Notes under the pieces: model-generated
What the model was told of the DNA's origin: nothing
Seen by the model: only the letters and a program-made list of their open reading frames with translations
Databases searched by the model: none
Program-made: the position numbers and the translations under genes
In this document: positions 18,436 through 28,249 of the stretch, one piece after another
Layout of the letters: every line of letters begins with the position of its first letter
Numbering within the stretch: position 1 is the first letter of the stretch
Source of the DNA: Lentisphaeria bacterium
Lineage (GTDB): Bacteria; Verrucomicrobiota; Lentisphaeria; Victivallales; UBA1829
Reading direction: 5' to 3'
DNA length: 64,000 nucleotides
NCBI GenBank assembly: GCA_017646015.1
Contig: JAGCNI010000019.1
Span: forward strand, 27,735 to 91,734

Positions 18436-19833
18436 TCAGCCCAGCAGATTGAAACGTTTGGCAAGTCCGATCAGCCAGATCGCAAGGATGATGACCGGAA
18501 GAACATAACGCATATACGGAATCAGTTTACGGGAAAGCTTCCAACCTTTTCCGGTATTGACCTCTTCAAGGAATCTGTCAGAACCCCAGCCCCAGCGTGA
18601 CATACAGAAAATGGTCATATAGAGAGCTCCCAGCGGCAGAAGATTATCGCTGACAATGAAATCTTCCAGATCAAGTACGTTTGAATTTTTTCCGAGCGGG
18701 TGGAAGTTTTTCCAGAGATTGAATCCGAGAATACAGGGAAGAGAAAGCAGCGCCAAGAGGATCCCGAATCCGATACAGGATTTTTTTCGGCTGAGTTTCC
18801 ATTCTTCCATTCCGAAAGCCACCAGATTTTCAAAGACTGCGATCAGCGTGGAGAGTGCGGCAATGGTCAGGAATGCAAAGAAAAGGATTCCCCAGAATCG
18901 TCCGCCCGCCATGTTCTGAAATACATTCGGCAGTGTGATGAAAATCAACGGCGGTCCTGCATTCGGATTGATGGAATATGCAGCGCAGCAGGGAAAAATG
19001 ATCAAGCCGGAACAAATCGCCATGAGGGTATCCAGTACCATGATCCAGATCCCTTCTTTCGGCAATGAATTTTCTTTATGGATATAACTGCCGCAGATCG
19101 CAATACTGCCGATCCCGAGACTCAATGTGAAAAATGCCTGCGCCATGGCAGCATGGATCGTTTCAAAAATATTTTTGCCCAGAAAATTATTCAAATCCGG
19201 TTTCAGCAGAAATTCAACCCCTTTCATCGCATTGGGAAGTGTAAGAGACTGCACAACCAACGCAAGAAGCAGGAGAAACAATCCGCCCATCATGACCTTG
19301 ATCACTTTTTCGATTGTTTTCCGGACTCCGCCCAGACAGACCAGAATCGTGAGGAACAACATGATCATTGTGGCAACAGTCTGTTCAGCTGGTGAACTCA
19401 GATATTTATCAAAATTCATCCCGAAATCAGCCGCAGTCTTTCCTTGAAGACTGCCGTCAATATAATATATTGCATAAGAAAAGAGCCAACCAGTTACGAC
19501 TGTATAGAACATCAACAGGATCATATTTCCGGCGAAAAGAATATATGCCGGAGCACTCCAGCGGAAGCGGGATGACGGATTTTGCAGATTCCGGAAGGCT
19601 CCGGGGAATGTACTGCGCCCGGCTCTGCCCAGCGAGAGTTCCATCATCATTACAGGAAATCCGAGGATCGCCAGAAAAAAGAGATAGAGACAGACAAAAA
19701 GTCCGCCGCCGTATTGTCCGGCAATATAGGGGAATCTCCATACATTCCCCAATCCGATCGCACATCCGGCGGTCATCAGGATAAATCCGAGACGGGAGGC
19801 AAACTGTTCTCGGGAATTGGTGGGGTCACTCAT
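18436..19833 (-). CDS. Sodium-dependent transporter, neurotransmitter:sodium symporter (SNF/NSS) family
   Basis: 465 aa, polytopic. NSS signature GFILMTAGCAIGLGNVWRFPYIAGQYGGG at the N-terminus. Confidence 0.9.
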   Translation of the reverse strand: MSDPTNSREQFASRLGFILMTAGCAIGLGNVWRFPYIAGQYGGGLFVCLYLFFLAILGFPVMMMELSLGRAGRSTFPGAFRNLQNPSSRFRWSAPAYILFAGNMILLMFYTVVTGWLFSYAIYYIDGSLQGKTAADFGMNFDKYLSSPAEQTVATMIMLFLTILVCLGGVRKTIEKVIKVMMGGLFLLLLALVVQSLTLPNAMKGVEFLLKPDLNNFLGKNIFETIHAAMAQAFFTLSLGIGSIAICGSYIHKENSLPKEGIWIMVLDTLMAICSGLIIFPCCAAYSINPNAGPPLIFITLPNVFQNMAGGRFWGILFFAFLTIAALSTLIAVFENLVAFGMEEWKLSRKKSCIGFGILLALLSLPCILGFNLWKNFHPLGKNSNVLDLEDFIVSDNLLPLGALYMTIFCMSRWGWGSDRFLEEVNTGKGWKLSRKLIPYMRYVLPVIILAIWLIGLAKRFNLLG

Positions 19834-19855
19834 AAAAATAATTCCTTGCCGTTTA

Positions 19856-21214
19856 TCAGTTTTTCAAACTCTGAATCGGAGCCGGAATTCTTCCTCCGCG
19901 TGCGATCATTGTTGCCGGAGAATATTGCGAGACCGGAATGACCGGGGCTTCTCCAAGCAATCCGCCGAATGTGATCATATCACCCGCTTTCCCGAAGGGG
20001 ATCAGACGTACTGCGGTTGTTTTGGTATTGACAACTCCGATTGCGATTTCATCGGCAATGATTCCGGAAATCACAGCTTCAGAGGTATCTCCGGGGATGG
20101 CGATCATATCCAAGCCGACAGAACAGACCGCTGTCATTGCTTCCAGTTTTTCCAGTGTGAGAGCTCCGCATTTTGCCGCTTCGATCATTCCGGCATCTTC
20201 AGAAACCGGGATAAAGGCTCCGGAGAGACCTCCCACATGGGACGATGCCATGACGCCGCCTTTTTTGACTGCATCATTCAACATCGCAAGAGCAGCTGTT
20301 GTGCCGGGACATCCGCATTTTTCCAACCCGATGGATTCCAGAATGTATGCCACCGAGTCACCAATCGCCGGAGTCGGTGCAAGAGAGAGGTCAACAATAC
20401 CGAAAGGTACACCCAGACGTTCACTGGCAAGCATCGCCACAAGCTGTCCCATACGGGTGATCTTGAATGCTGTCTTTTTGATGATCTCTGCAATTTCAGT
20501 AAGGTTACAGCTGTTTCCTGCTCTGCGGAGAGCGGAAACCACAACCCCCGGTCCGGAAACACCCACATTGATGACTGTTTCCGGTTCGCCCATACCGTGA
20601 AATGCTCCCGCCATGAACGGATTGTCTTCCGGAACATTGGCAAAAACTACCAGTTTTGCACAGCCGATGGCAGAACGGTCAGCTGTCAGATCGGCTGTTT
20701 TTTTGATGATTCGCCCCATTTCTGCAACAGCATCCATATTGATCCCGGCTTTTGTAGAAGCCACATTGACCGAAGAACAGAGCCGTTCTGTGGTTGCCAA
20801 TGCTTCCGGGATCGCAGAAAGCAGTGTCCGGCTTCCATTGGAAAAACCTTTCTGCACCAATGCACTGTATCCGCCGATGAAGTTGACACCCAGTTCTGCG
20901 GCGGCATTATCAAGCGTTTTTGCGATTTTTACTGCGCCGTCATAAGAAATATTTCCGCACATCAGAGAGACCGGTGTGACAGAAACCCGCTTATGAATGA
21001 TCGGGATCCCGTATTCTTTTTCAATGTCCTGCCCGGTTTTGACAAGGTCTTTTGCATGGAACATGATCTTGTCATAGATTTTGGAGCAGAGACGGTCTTC
21101 ATTATCACTCTGGCAATCAAACAGGGAAATTCCCATGGTAATGGTCCGGACGTCGAGGCTTTCCTCCCGGATCATATTGATCGTTTCAAAAATATCATTT
21201 CTATCCAGCATCAA
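19856..21214 (-). CDS. UPF0210 (DUF711, PFL-like fold) family protein
   Basis: 452 aa. The N-terminus [25 protein letters not shown] and the overall length match my recollection of UPF0210. It is paired with an ACT-domain gene, as is typical for this family. Confidence 0.75.
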   Translation of the reverse strand: MMLDRNDIFETINMIREESLDVRTITMGISLFDCQSDNEDRLCSKIYDKIMFHAKDLVKTGQDIEKEYGIPIIHKRVSVTPVSLMCGNISYDGAVKIAKTLDNAAAELGVNFIGGYSALVQKGFSNGSRTLLSAIPEALATTERLCSSVNVASTKAGINMDAVAEMGRIIKKTADLTADRSAIGCAKLVVFANVPEDNPFMAGAFHGMGEPETVINVGVSGPGVVVSALRRAGNSCNLTEIAEIIKKTAFKITRMGQLVAMLASERLGVPFGIVDLSLAPTPAIGDSVAYILESIGLEKCGCPGTTAALAMLNDAVKKGGVMASSHVGGLSGAFIPVSEDAGMIEAAKCGALTLEKLEAMTAVCSVGLDMIAIPGDTSEAVISGIIADEIAIGVVNTKTTAVRLIPFGKAGDMITFGGLLGEAPVIPVSQYSPATMIARGGRIPAPIQSLKN

Positions 21215-21220
21215 TATACC

Positions 21221-21490
21221 TCAAATCTTGTGCATTGCATTGAAAATATCTTCATGCATGGTGTGGATTTCCAAGCCGTTTTCTTTTGCGAGATTATTCA
21301 TCTGATCGACAAATTCGGCAAATGGGATCGTGATTTTATCGATTTCTGTAATCATGATCATGCTGAAATATTTTTCCAGAACGGTCTGGGAAATATCTTT
21401 GATATTCACACCATAATCGGCACAGACCTTGCTGACTTTTGCAATGATACCGACGGAATCACATCCGATCACACTGATAACTGCTCTCAT
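21221..21490 (-). CDS. ACT domain protein (UPF0237 type)
   Basis: 89 aa. MRAVISVIGCDSVGIIAKVSKVCADYGVNIKDISQTVL shows an ACT fold pattern. It lies 6 nt upstream of the UPF0210 gene. Confidence 0.75.
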   Translation of the reverse strand: MRAVISVIGCDSVGIIAKVSKVCADYGVNIKDISQTVLEKYFSMIMITEIDKITIPFAEFVDQMNNLAKENGLEIHTMHEDIFNAMHKI

Positions 21491-21540
21491 AAATTTATTC
21501 TCTCTTCCTTAGAATATTGATTGTTTGACAATACCCGGAA

Positions 21541-21569
21541 AATATACATCCGAAAAGCCGAATTTTCAA
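21541..21569 (-). promoter_or_regulatory. Candidate sigma-70-type promoter for the ACT/UPF0210 pair
   Basis: Read on the minus strand: TTGAAA (21569-21564), 17-nt spacer, TATATT (21546-21541), about 50 nt upstream of the ATG at 21490. Confidence 0.3.
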
Positions 21570-21654
21570 GATAATTTTTTATTTTAAAAAGAGAAGACAC
21601 TGTCGAATTGATTTTCGCAATTCCACAGTTTCTGATTTTTTTCAAAAACGGATT

Positions 21655-22902
21655 TTATTTCCAGTCTTTGGCAAGTTCACGGACTTCATCCATGTTTTCC
21701 GCCACTTTGTGGAGAACATCGCTGATGATATCCATGTTTTCACGATACATGAGGGTCTGGTGGAACCAACCCAGTGTACGCCCGCATACTGTTTCACAGA
21801 CCGGACATGAGTCGCCGCCGGCGATACGGTATTCACCTTTTTCTCTGTTCAGATTGAAGAGATTATGCTTGTAAACAGCCCCGTGTGTTCCATTGCCGAT
21901 ATTGACCCCTTCATCATAACAGATTTTGCTGATGAGCCAGCGCGGGATATCATTGAATTCACCACCGTCGAAAATGAGATGGAAAGAATAATATGCCTGC
22001 GGGCTTGCGAGTCTTCCCGGAGACTGTACCCGGACACCGGGGATATCTTTGATTTTTTCTGTGAGATAATTCATGTTTTCGCTGTATGTCTTGATCAGTC
22101 CGGGCAGAGCTTTCAGCTGCTGATGCAGGATAACAGCCTGGAATGCGGTGCCGCGGTAGTTGTGACAAAGCAATCCTTCCGGAGCTTTCTGAGCCTGTCC
22201 CTGAGCCAGACCGCGAGAGTATCCGATATGTTTCAGACGATACAGTTTATCTGCCAGTTCCGGATCGTTTGTGATACAGATCCCGCCTTCGCCGGAGCTC
22301 ATGGTTTTACTCTGCTGAAAACTGAATGATCCGATTTTTCCCCAGCTGCCGACACCTCTTCCGTTCCAGAATCCACCGTGCATGTGGGCACAATCTTCAA
22401 TGACCGGAATATTATGGGCATCTGCAATTTGTAGAATTTTATCCAAATCAGCCATGGAACCGTACACATGCACCGGAATGATGGCTTTCGTACGGGGAGT
22501 GATTGCCGCTTCCAGTTTTGCCGGATCCATACAGAGTGTTGTCGGTTCCACATCTACAAATACGGGGATCGCACCCACATAGCTTGCGGCGATAGCGGTT
22601 GCCATCCAGGTCAATGCCGGGACAATGACTTCATCCCCTTTTCCGCATCCGAGAGCTGTCAGAGCACATTCCAATGTGGTTGTTCCGTTTACCATGAAGA
22701 TACCGTATTTTGCTCCGTGGTATTGTGCGAAATCATTTTCAAAAGCCTGTTCAGCTTCAGAATTGAACGACCATTTCCCGCTCATATAAACTTCTTTGAG
22801 CAGTTCTGCGGTTTGTTCATCCCGGGGCGGCCAGGAAAACTCTTTGACCATTCTATTGCCGGAAACGAATTTGTTTCCGCCGAGAGATGCAAGTTGTGCC
22901 AT
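21655..22902 (-). CDS. DegT/DnrJ/EryC1/StrS-family PLP-dependent aminotransferase
   Basis: 415 aa. FENDFAQYHGAKYGIFMVNGTTTLECAL, DEVIVPALTW, AIIPVHVYG, and the PLP-lysine context SFSFQQSKTMSSGEGG. Confidence 0.85.
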   Translation of the reverse strand: MAQLASLGGNKFVSGNRMVKEFSWPPRDEQTAELLKEVYMSGKWSFNSEAEQAFENDFAQYHGAKYGIFMVNGTTTLECALTALGCGKGDEVIVPALTWMATAIAASYVGAIPVFVDVEPTTLCMDPAKLEAAITPRTKAIIPVHVYGSMADLDKILQIADAHNIPVIEDCAHMHGGFWNGRGVGSWGKIGSFSFQQSKTMSSGEGGICITNDPELADKLYRLKHIGYSRGLAQGQAQKAPEGLLCHNYRGTAFQAVILHQQLKALPGLIKTYSENMNYLTEKIKDIPGVRVQSPGRLASPQAYYSFHLIFDGGEFNDIPRWLISKICYDEGVNIGNGTHGAVYKHNLFNLNREKGEYRIAGGDSCPVCETVCGRTLGWFHQTLMYRENMDIISDVLHKVAENMDEVRELAKDWK

Positions 22903-22936
22903 GATAAAAATCCTTACTTATTTTATTTATGATGGA

Positions 22937-25906
22937 TTATTTGTTGCGTACAATGATCGCGCTCCAGTCCTGCGGGAGTCTGATCTCGGAATAAGTCCAA
23001 CCGTTGAGCTGAACGGTTTTGAGTTTATGATCTTTGACTTCACGACCAGTGTAGTCATAAACATAGATTTTGTGTTTGGAGTTATCTTCCCAGCCGAAGA
23101 AACCGCTGCGGCTGGTCACGATCCGTTCTTCTGCGATCATATAGCCTTCATGGATTTCCAGCGGAGTGCTGGGATAGATATGATCGGAAACTGTATGATA
23201 AATCGGACCATAGTGCGGCTGAGAAATAAATGCGTAGGTGAAGAGACATCCATAATCCAGAGCACTGAGGAATTTATCATACCATTCCGAGAACTTGCCG
23301 CGATCCATGTGTTCGCTGTTTGCATGGGAGATCGGTGTGGAGAAATGAACACGGGCATTGTTGGATGCAAACTGGGTTTCGGTAAAGGTCGATTCGATCT
23401 TCTCTGCAAATTCAGCCAGCATGGCATCACCGCCGTTGGCATAGAGCTTTTTGCCTTTGGCTCTGATCTTGTCTGCCATACGGTTTTTCCACGGTCTCTG
23501 AAGAATCCAGACACTGGATTTCAAGGCGGTGATCTTATGTGTCACCGGGGAGATATCCGCTGAGCATTGATCCCAGGGCGCACCGTAATGATAGTCAACT
23601 CCGCTGGATGCAAATTCATCCCAGTAAACGGCATCAACATCCCAGTTGTTCAGAATGTCATCCAGAGCTTTTTCCATTATGATACTGTATTCTGTGCCTT
23701 CCAGAGTAAGATAAAGTTTGGAGTGTCCGTAACGTGCCTGCTGGCCGTTTTTCAGCAATACTCTGCCTTCTTTGTAGTCTTTGGAAAGATCGCTTTCGAT
23801 CTGGGAGTGGTAATAACGGCCGAGCTCAGCATTGGGTCTGATTTTGCGGAGTTTCACGATCATGCTTTTGACAAACGGAATGTCCGGAGAATTCAGGAAA
23901 AGATGACCGATTTTCGGGAGGTCAACAATGATTCTCTGAATATTGAACACTTCCAGACGGTTGTAATAGGCTTCCTGCCATTTGTATGCCGCCCAGCTGC
24001 ATTCCGGACCCCGCAAAGTTTTATTGATGTTGAGATAACGGCGGACAACGTTGACAAAGTCATAGTATTTACCGTTTTCCAGAGGAACGACCACGAACTG
24101 CTGGGTGAAACTTTTTCCCGGAGGCAGGACAAACTGGTCATCACACAAGGTGACGCAGTGCGGAGCGGGGATGAAAGAGCCGCTGTGGATCTGAAATTCC
24201 GGATTGATCGCATAAAGTCCCACACCACCGCCGTTTTTCTGTCCGCCGAAAATGGAGAAGTTCCCGATCACCCGGCGGATATTGCGTCCGGAGATATTTT
24301 CCAATCCGCCCAGATAGAGAGAAGTGTTTTTGCCGGGGACTTTGACTGTATGCTCCTGCATGAGCGGCAGATTTTCATTGGTGAGGTTGGTGTAAGTATC
24401 TTTGACAAGCAGCAGTTCATTTTTCTTTTCGATGACACGCTGATGTTTGAAATACTTGCAGGATCCGTTGACCCATTTTCCGTCGGGTGTGGAGAAACGG
24501 CTGGTGAGGATGTATTTACCATGATTCATGGCAAATTCGATTGTATTGCCGTTCTGTTTGAAATTATTGTTCAACGGAATCTGTTTTTTGAGTTTGATTA
24601 CCGGGATTTTTCCGGTAGGAGCCGGTTTGCGTGTTTTTCTCTGGGCGACTGCTTCAAAAGAGATTTTTGCATTGGTCAGATCCAGAGCATGATTATATTT
24701 TTTCTGAAGCGTGTTTTTGATCGTGATCGTATTTTTGCCTTCTTTGAGCAGACCGGAAAGATCCAACACAAATTCGTGCATGTTGTAGTGACTTGCAAAG
24801 AATCTGGCTGTATTTTTCGGTTGATTACCGGCTTTGCCGTCTTTTGTGTAGGGAAGGAGATAGCCGTGACCTTTCTGGAAGATCGTGCTTTTTGCGCCAT
24901 TTTTTGTGCGGAACTCATTTTCCGGTTTCAGAAGATTGTATTGAGTCAATTCTTTCCCGTTGACATAGACGTGCATAACTCTGGCATAGCCGGAGAATGT
25001 ATGAGCACTGCGGAGATTTGCATTCATCCGCAGAACCGGAGTCAGATATGCCGGTGTCTTGGGAGCTGTAAATTCGATTTTCTGAGTGGTTGACGGCTGG
25101 ATCGTCATATCTTTGAGCGGGATTGTTTCTGCCAGAGAAATGACAGCTTCATGTTTTCCGTTGGAATCAGTGAAAACAGCCGGAGTGATTTCAGCGCGAT
25201 TGCGGAAAGAGGCATCCGGTTTGCCGGAGGTCATGATATGTTCCGGTCTGAGTGTGCCGCCTGCATCCACATCCGTATCGCTGACCCATGCGGTCAAACC
25301 GATCACGTTATTGCGAAGAATCGTACCGGCACCGAGTTCTTTCCAGGGAATGAATGCTTCCAGATTCCAGCCGCTTGCTGTCTTTTCAGCAGCACATTGG
25401 GCAGATTCGAAAGTTTTTCCTGACGGATAAGCCACAACGATGGAGGGTTTGAGATTTTTGAAATTCCCGGGGCTGATTCCGATCTGCAACTGTTTTTTAC
25501 CGAATCCGGCACCATCACCTTTTTCTGTCGGAGCAAGATCGAGGAAGAGTTCAACATGATCTCCAGCGAAGATATCCATATCAACTCCGCGCTGTATCAG
25601 TTTGTCATCTTTGATTTCTGCAGCAAAATAGAGTCCGATCGGTTTCCAGCTGAAATAGAAAGTCGCTGAAAGATCTTTTGCTGTCGGTGCAACAATCTTC
25701 TGATTGGGTTTTTTATCCCGCAGCAGATATTTTTCTCCTTCAAGTTTCATGATCCCGACTTGCGCATCGCTCCAGTCGGAAAGATTACCGTCCACACTGA
25801 TGGGCGGATCCTGTTTGAAGGGAATTTTTAAAATTGCTTCGGCTGCAGTCGTTGCCAATGTCAGTCCGGCAAGAGCCAGAGACAGAATTGTTTGTGTTTT
25901 TTTCAT
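22937..25906 (-). CDS. Large secreted protein with N-terminal CBM9/DOMON-like carbohydrate-binding domain (putative glycan-active enzyme)
   Basis: 989 aa. Signal peptide MKKTQTILSLALAGLTLATTAAEA. CBM9-like pattern PPISVDGNLSDWSD...FYFSWKPIGLYFAAEIKDDKL...GDHVELFLD. No catalytic family recognised for the C-terminal ~450 aa. Confidence 0.55.
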   Translation of the reverse strand: MKKTQTILSLALAGLTLATTAAEAILKIPFKQDPPISVDGNLSDWSDAQVGIMKLEGEKYLLRDKKPNQKIVAPTAKDLSATFYFSWKPIGLYFAAEIKDDKLIQRGVDMDIFAGDHVELFLDLAPTEKGDGAGFGKKQLQIGISPGNFKNLKPSIVVAYPSGKTFESAQCAAEKTASGWNLEAFIPWKELGAGTILRNNVIGLTAWVSDTDVDAGGTLRPEHIMTSGKPDASFRNRAEITPAVFTDSNGKHEAVISLAETIPLKDMTIQPSTTQKIEFTAPKTPAYLTPVLRMNANLRSAHTFSGYARVMHVYVNGKELTQYNLLKPENEFRTKNGAKSTIFQKGHGYLLPYTKDGKAGNQPKNTARFFASHYNMHEFVLDLSGLLKEGKNTITIKNTLQKKYNHALDLTNAKISFEAVAQRKTRKPAPTGKIPVIKLKKQIPLNNNFKQNGNTIEFAMNHGKYILTSRFSTPDGKWVNGSCKYFKHQRVIEKKNELLLVKDTYTNLTNENLPLMQEHTVKVPGKNTSLYLGGLENISGRNIRRVIGNFSIFGGQKNGGGVGLYAINPEFQIHSGSFIPAPHCVTLCDDQFVLPPGKSFTQQFVVVPLENGKYYDFVNVVRRYLNINKTLRGPECSWAAYKWQEAYYNRLEVFNIQRIIVDLPKIGHLFLNSPDIPFVKSMIVKLRKIRPNAELGRYYHSQIESDLSKDYKEGRVLLKNGQQARYGHSKLYLTLEGTEYSIIMEKALDDILNNWDVDAVYWDEFASSGVDYHYGAPWDQCSADISPVTHKITALKSSVWILQRPWKNRMADKIRAKGKKLYANGGDAMLAEFAEKIESTFTETQFASNNARVHFSTPISHANSEHMDRGKFSEWYDKFLSALDYGCLFTYAFISQPHYGPIYHTVSDHIYPSTPLEIHEGYMIAEERIVTSRSGFFGWEDNSKHKIYVYDYTGREVKDHKLKTVQLNGWTYSEIRLPQDWSAIIVRNK

Positions 25907-25943
25907 TTTTTTTCCTTACATACACTGAATTTTTTTCTGTTTG

Positions 25944-27014
25944 TTACTTGATTGAAAGTGCTTGTTTCAGAACAGGAAGGATCCGTTCATACATCCGGTA
26001 AAAACCGAGATCATTCGGGTGACATCCATCCCACGTGCAGGCATCCCGCATTTCTGTGCCCCAGAGAGTTTCGCCATCAATGAAATAAACATTTTTATCT
26101 CCGGCATTCAACGCATCCGTGTATGTTTTCCGGATGATTTCACGGCGTTGCAATATACTTTCTTCGGAAGCATAGAAATCACATCTTGAGATCATGATGA
26201 TTGGCAGTTCCGGATGTTTTGCACGGATGATTTTGAAAAAATTACTGTGCGTTGCTTCCAGATGTTCCGCGGTCGGGGCATTGTGATCGTAATCCAATAC
26301 AAATGCCGCAAGATCCAATTCCGCAATTGCTTCAGCCACTGCCGGTTCTCCTCTTCCGCAACCGGAAAATCCCAGATTGATCTGTTCCGCATCCAGTGCC
26401 CGGCAGAGCATGGATGTATAGGTACTGCCCGGACGGGAGGCACAGCCGCCTTGTGTGATGGAGGAACCATAAAACAGAATCGGTTTTGGGATCGCATGCG
26501 GAGGCGGAGCTTCCAATTGTGCTTCTGCTTTCAAACCGATTTCAATCTTGGTGACTCCGCCGTAAGGCGGCAGATTGATCCAATATTCACGCATGACTCC
26601 GGAAGGATTCTGTGCACAGGATCCAATGACTGAATCATCCTGTGGACCGGGTCGCACCAGTCGATGAAAGGTGAGAGTTCCATCCGGATGGCGGATATAG
26701 GAATCGAATCCGCGACGTCCGACATTATGTTTCAGCCCGAGATCCCACGCAAGTTCCGCTTTGAGAATGATCTCTGTTGAGTTTGTTTTGAACCGGATAC
26801 ATGCCCCGGATGTATTGTGTGCCAGTTCAAGAGCTCCGCGATTTACTTCTTTTTCGGTCAGCCTTTCCGGAAAACGGTAATAGGTTTCCTTGTTGCTTGT
26901 ATGCCAGGGCAGACCTTCCAGCGCAAATGTTCCGCTGAGGACATCCCGATAAACAAAACCCTGTTCATCGGGGATCAAGGTCTGAAAATTCTTATCCAAT
27001 TCTGTCAGTTTCAT
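25944..27014 (-). CDS. SGNH/GDSL hydrolase with N-terminal beta-sandwich (GxDLY-type) domain
   Basis: 356 aa. Block I ILFYGSSITQGG, block V DGCHPNDLGF. The ~170-aa N-terminal domain is as in two-domain SGNH esterases. Confidence 0.75.
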   Translation of the reverse strand: MKLTELDKNFQTLIPDEQGFVYRDVLSGTFALEGLPWHTSNKETYYRFPERLTEKEVNRGALELAHNTSGACIRFKTNSTEIILKAELAWDLGLKHNVGRRGFDSYIRHPDGTLTFHRLVRPGPQDDSVIGSCAQNPSGVMREYWINLPPYGGVTKIEIGLKAEAQLEAPPPHAIPKPILFYGSSITQGGCASRPGSTYTSMLCRALDAEQINLGFSGCGRGEPAVAEAIAELDLAAFVLDYDHNAPTAEHLEATHSNFFKIIRAKHPELPIIMISRCDFYASEESILQRREIIRKTYTDALNAGDKNVYFIDGETLWGTEMRDACTWDGCHPNDLGFYRMYERILPVLKQALSIK

Positions 27015-27044
27015 AATACTTTTACAGCTTGTATTTTGTGTGGA

Positions 27045-27839
27045 TCAGATATCCCATTCTGTGTGTGGAGCAACCGCTTTATATCTCCAGAAAATGGTCT
27101 GAGAGGGATTTGCACATGTTCCGCCTCCGGGAGCAGAGCTGTGCGTATAGGGGATCCGGCGTTCCATGACATACTGGGCATGTCCATCCATGAAAAGAAT
27201 GTTGGCACCGGTTTTATGACGGAGTTTGATGTGTGAATACCAGTTATAAGTTTCAGCTCCTCCAACCTGTGCTCCGTTCTGACCGTTGGAGTAATCCGCA
27301 AAATACATCGTTTTGCTCAGACGATCCAGTTTTTCGTTCGGCATGGTATAGACCCCTTGATATCCGGTTGAGAAATAACTGTTGATATAGTAGTCAGTAG
27401 ACCTTGTAGCCGTCCAACCACGAGTTAACACACCATTTAATTTGATACCATGGAAAGATGGGCAGGTGAGCATTTTTGTGGTTTTCGCCGGTTCTATTGT
27501 ATTTACACTTTCTCCGGCGGCAGGTGGGATATATCCAGTCTGGATCAGAAGTGTATGCCAGACATCTGAGACTGTCATAGCAACTTTTTTGGAACTTTCT
27601 GCCATCATACGGTTCGGGACACGTTCCACTTTGTAATCTTCGCAATATAATCTCTGCGCGAGGAAGAGCTGTTTCATATTATTGAGACAGGCTGCTCTTC
27701 TTGCTGTTTCACGTGCCTGATTCAATGCAGGCAGCAGCATTCCTGCGAGGATCGCAATGATAGCAATAACCACGAGGAGCTCGATAAGTGTAAATGCCTT
27801 GAAATGTGAAATTCTTTTTTCGATGTGTCTGCTGTTCAT
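27045..27839 (-). CDS. Prepilin-type N-terminal cleavage/methylation domain protein (DUF1559 / H-X9-DG type pseudopilin-like)
   Basis: 264 aa. [45 protein letters not shown] is the classic type IV pilin-like leader plus DUF1559 start. C-terminal [12 protein letters not shown] (H-X9-DG-like). Confidence 0.85.
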   Translation of the reverse strand: MNSRHIEKRISHFKAFTLIELLVVIAIIAILAGMLLPALNQARETARRAACLNNMKQLFLAQRLYCEDYKVERVPNRMMAESSKKVAMTVSDVWHTLLIQTGYIPPAAGESVNTIEPAKTTKMLTCPSFHGIKLNGVLTRGWTATRSTDYYINSYFSTGYQGVYTMPNEKLDRLSKTMYFADYSNGQNGAQVGGAETYNWYSHIKLRHKTGANILFMDGHAQYVMERRIPYTHSSAPGGGTCANPSQTIFWRYKAVAPHTEWDI

Positions 27840-28141
27840 AAGAGTTGTTCCTTTCCTGTTGTTTTTTCATTTCTTGTCTGTTTGCTGAATCCACGTTACA
27901 AAACCCGATGATTATTACCTCTTTTTTCCTTTCTTTGTTTTTCTGTTCAAATTCAAAAATTTGTTTTTGATCACTACATAAACAGTCCTGCAAAAAGCCA
28001 GTCTCCATTCATTTTGTCCGGAAAACTGCAAGATGCGGAAGAGAAGAATTTCTTTCCTGTAAATATGCAGTCAGCCGTGAATCATGCCGGAAGAACAAGC
28101 ATTTTTGTTTTCTGCCTATAATTATAGCAATAAAAATGGAA

Positions 28142-28190
28142 TTTGTAAATACTGCATTTTTGCTAAAAATACTTGAATCGTGCTTTTTTA
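28142..28190 (+). promoter_or_regulatory. Conserved intergenic element, copy A (internal ~20-nt direct repeat ATACTnnAnnnnTGCT)
   Basis: TTTGTAAATACTGCATTTTTGCTAAAAATACTTGAATCGTGCTTTTTTA. By hand count, 39 of 49 positions are identical to 36810-36858 in an ungapped alignment. It contains TTGAAT (28173-28178), followed 16 nt later by GATAAT (28195-28200). Confidence 0.4.
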
Positions 28191-28249
28191 GCAAGATAAT
28201 TTATTCTCTTGCGGTATTTTCGAGGGGAGAGAGAGGCAAAATTGAAAAT

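Noticed and set aside
19817-21520. Very long antisense ORFs throughout the window. Examples: 19817-21520 (+, 567 aa), 23567-25093 (+, 508 aa), 38330-39715 (+, 461 aa), 42665-43912 (-, 415 aa), 60274-61464 (+, 396 aa), 53596-54732 (+, 378 aa), 39926-41044 (+, 372 aa), 28136-29164 (+, 342 aa), 11064-12044 (+), 16629-17600 (+), 15450-16406 (+).
   Set aside because: Each lies exactly opposite a gene with clear family motifs (UPF0210, the CBM9 protein, Gfo/Idh/MocA, LeuA, MFS, GreA, the XylA-like gene, LysR, the CN-hydrolase, LysS). Their translations are Cys/His/Phe/Arg-rich, low-complexity and motif-free. They are shadow ORFs produced by the codon bias of the true strand.
27709-28194. Small minus-strand ORFs (27709-28008, 99 aa; 28009-28194, 61 aa) in the 410-nt gap upstream of the pseudopilin-like gene.
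   Set aside because: The first overlaps the start of the real pilin-like gene in another frame. Both have low-complexity, Lys/Arg/Gln-rich or stop-poor AT-rich translations, with no RBS or recognisable motif.
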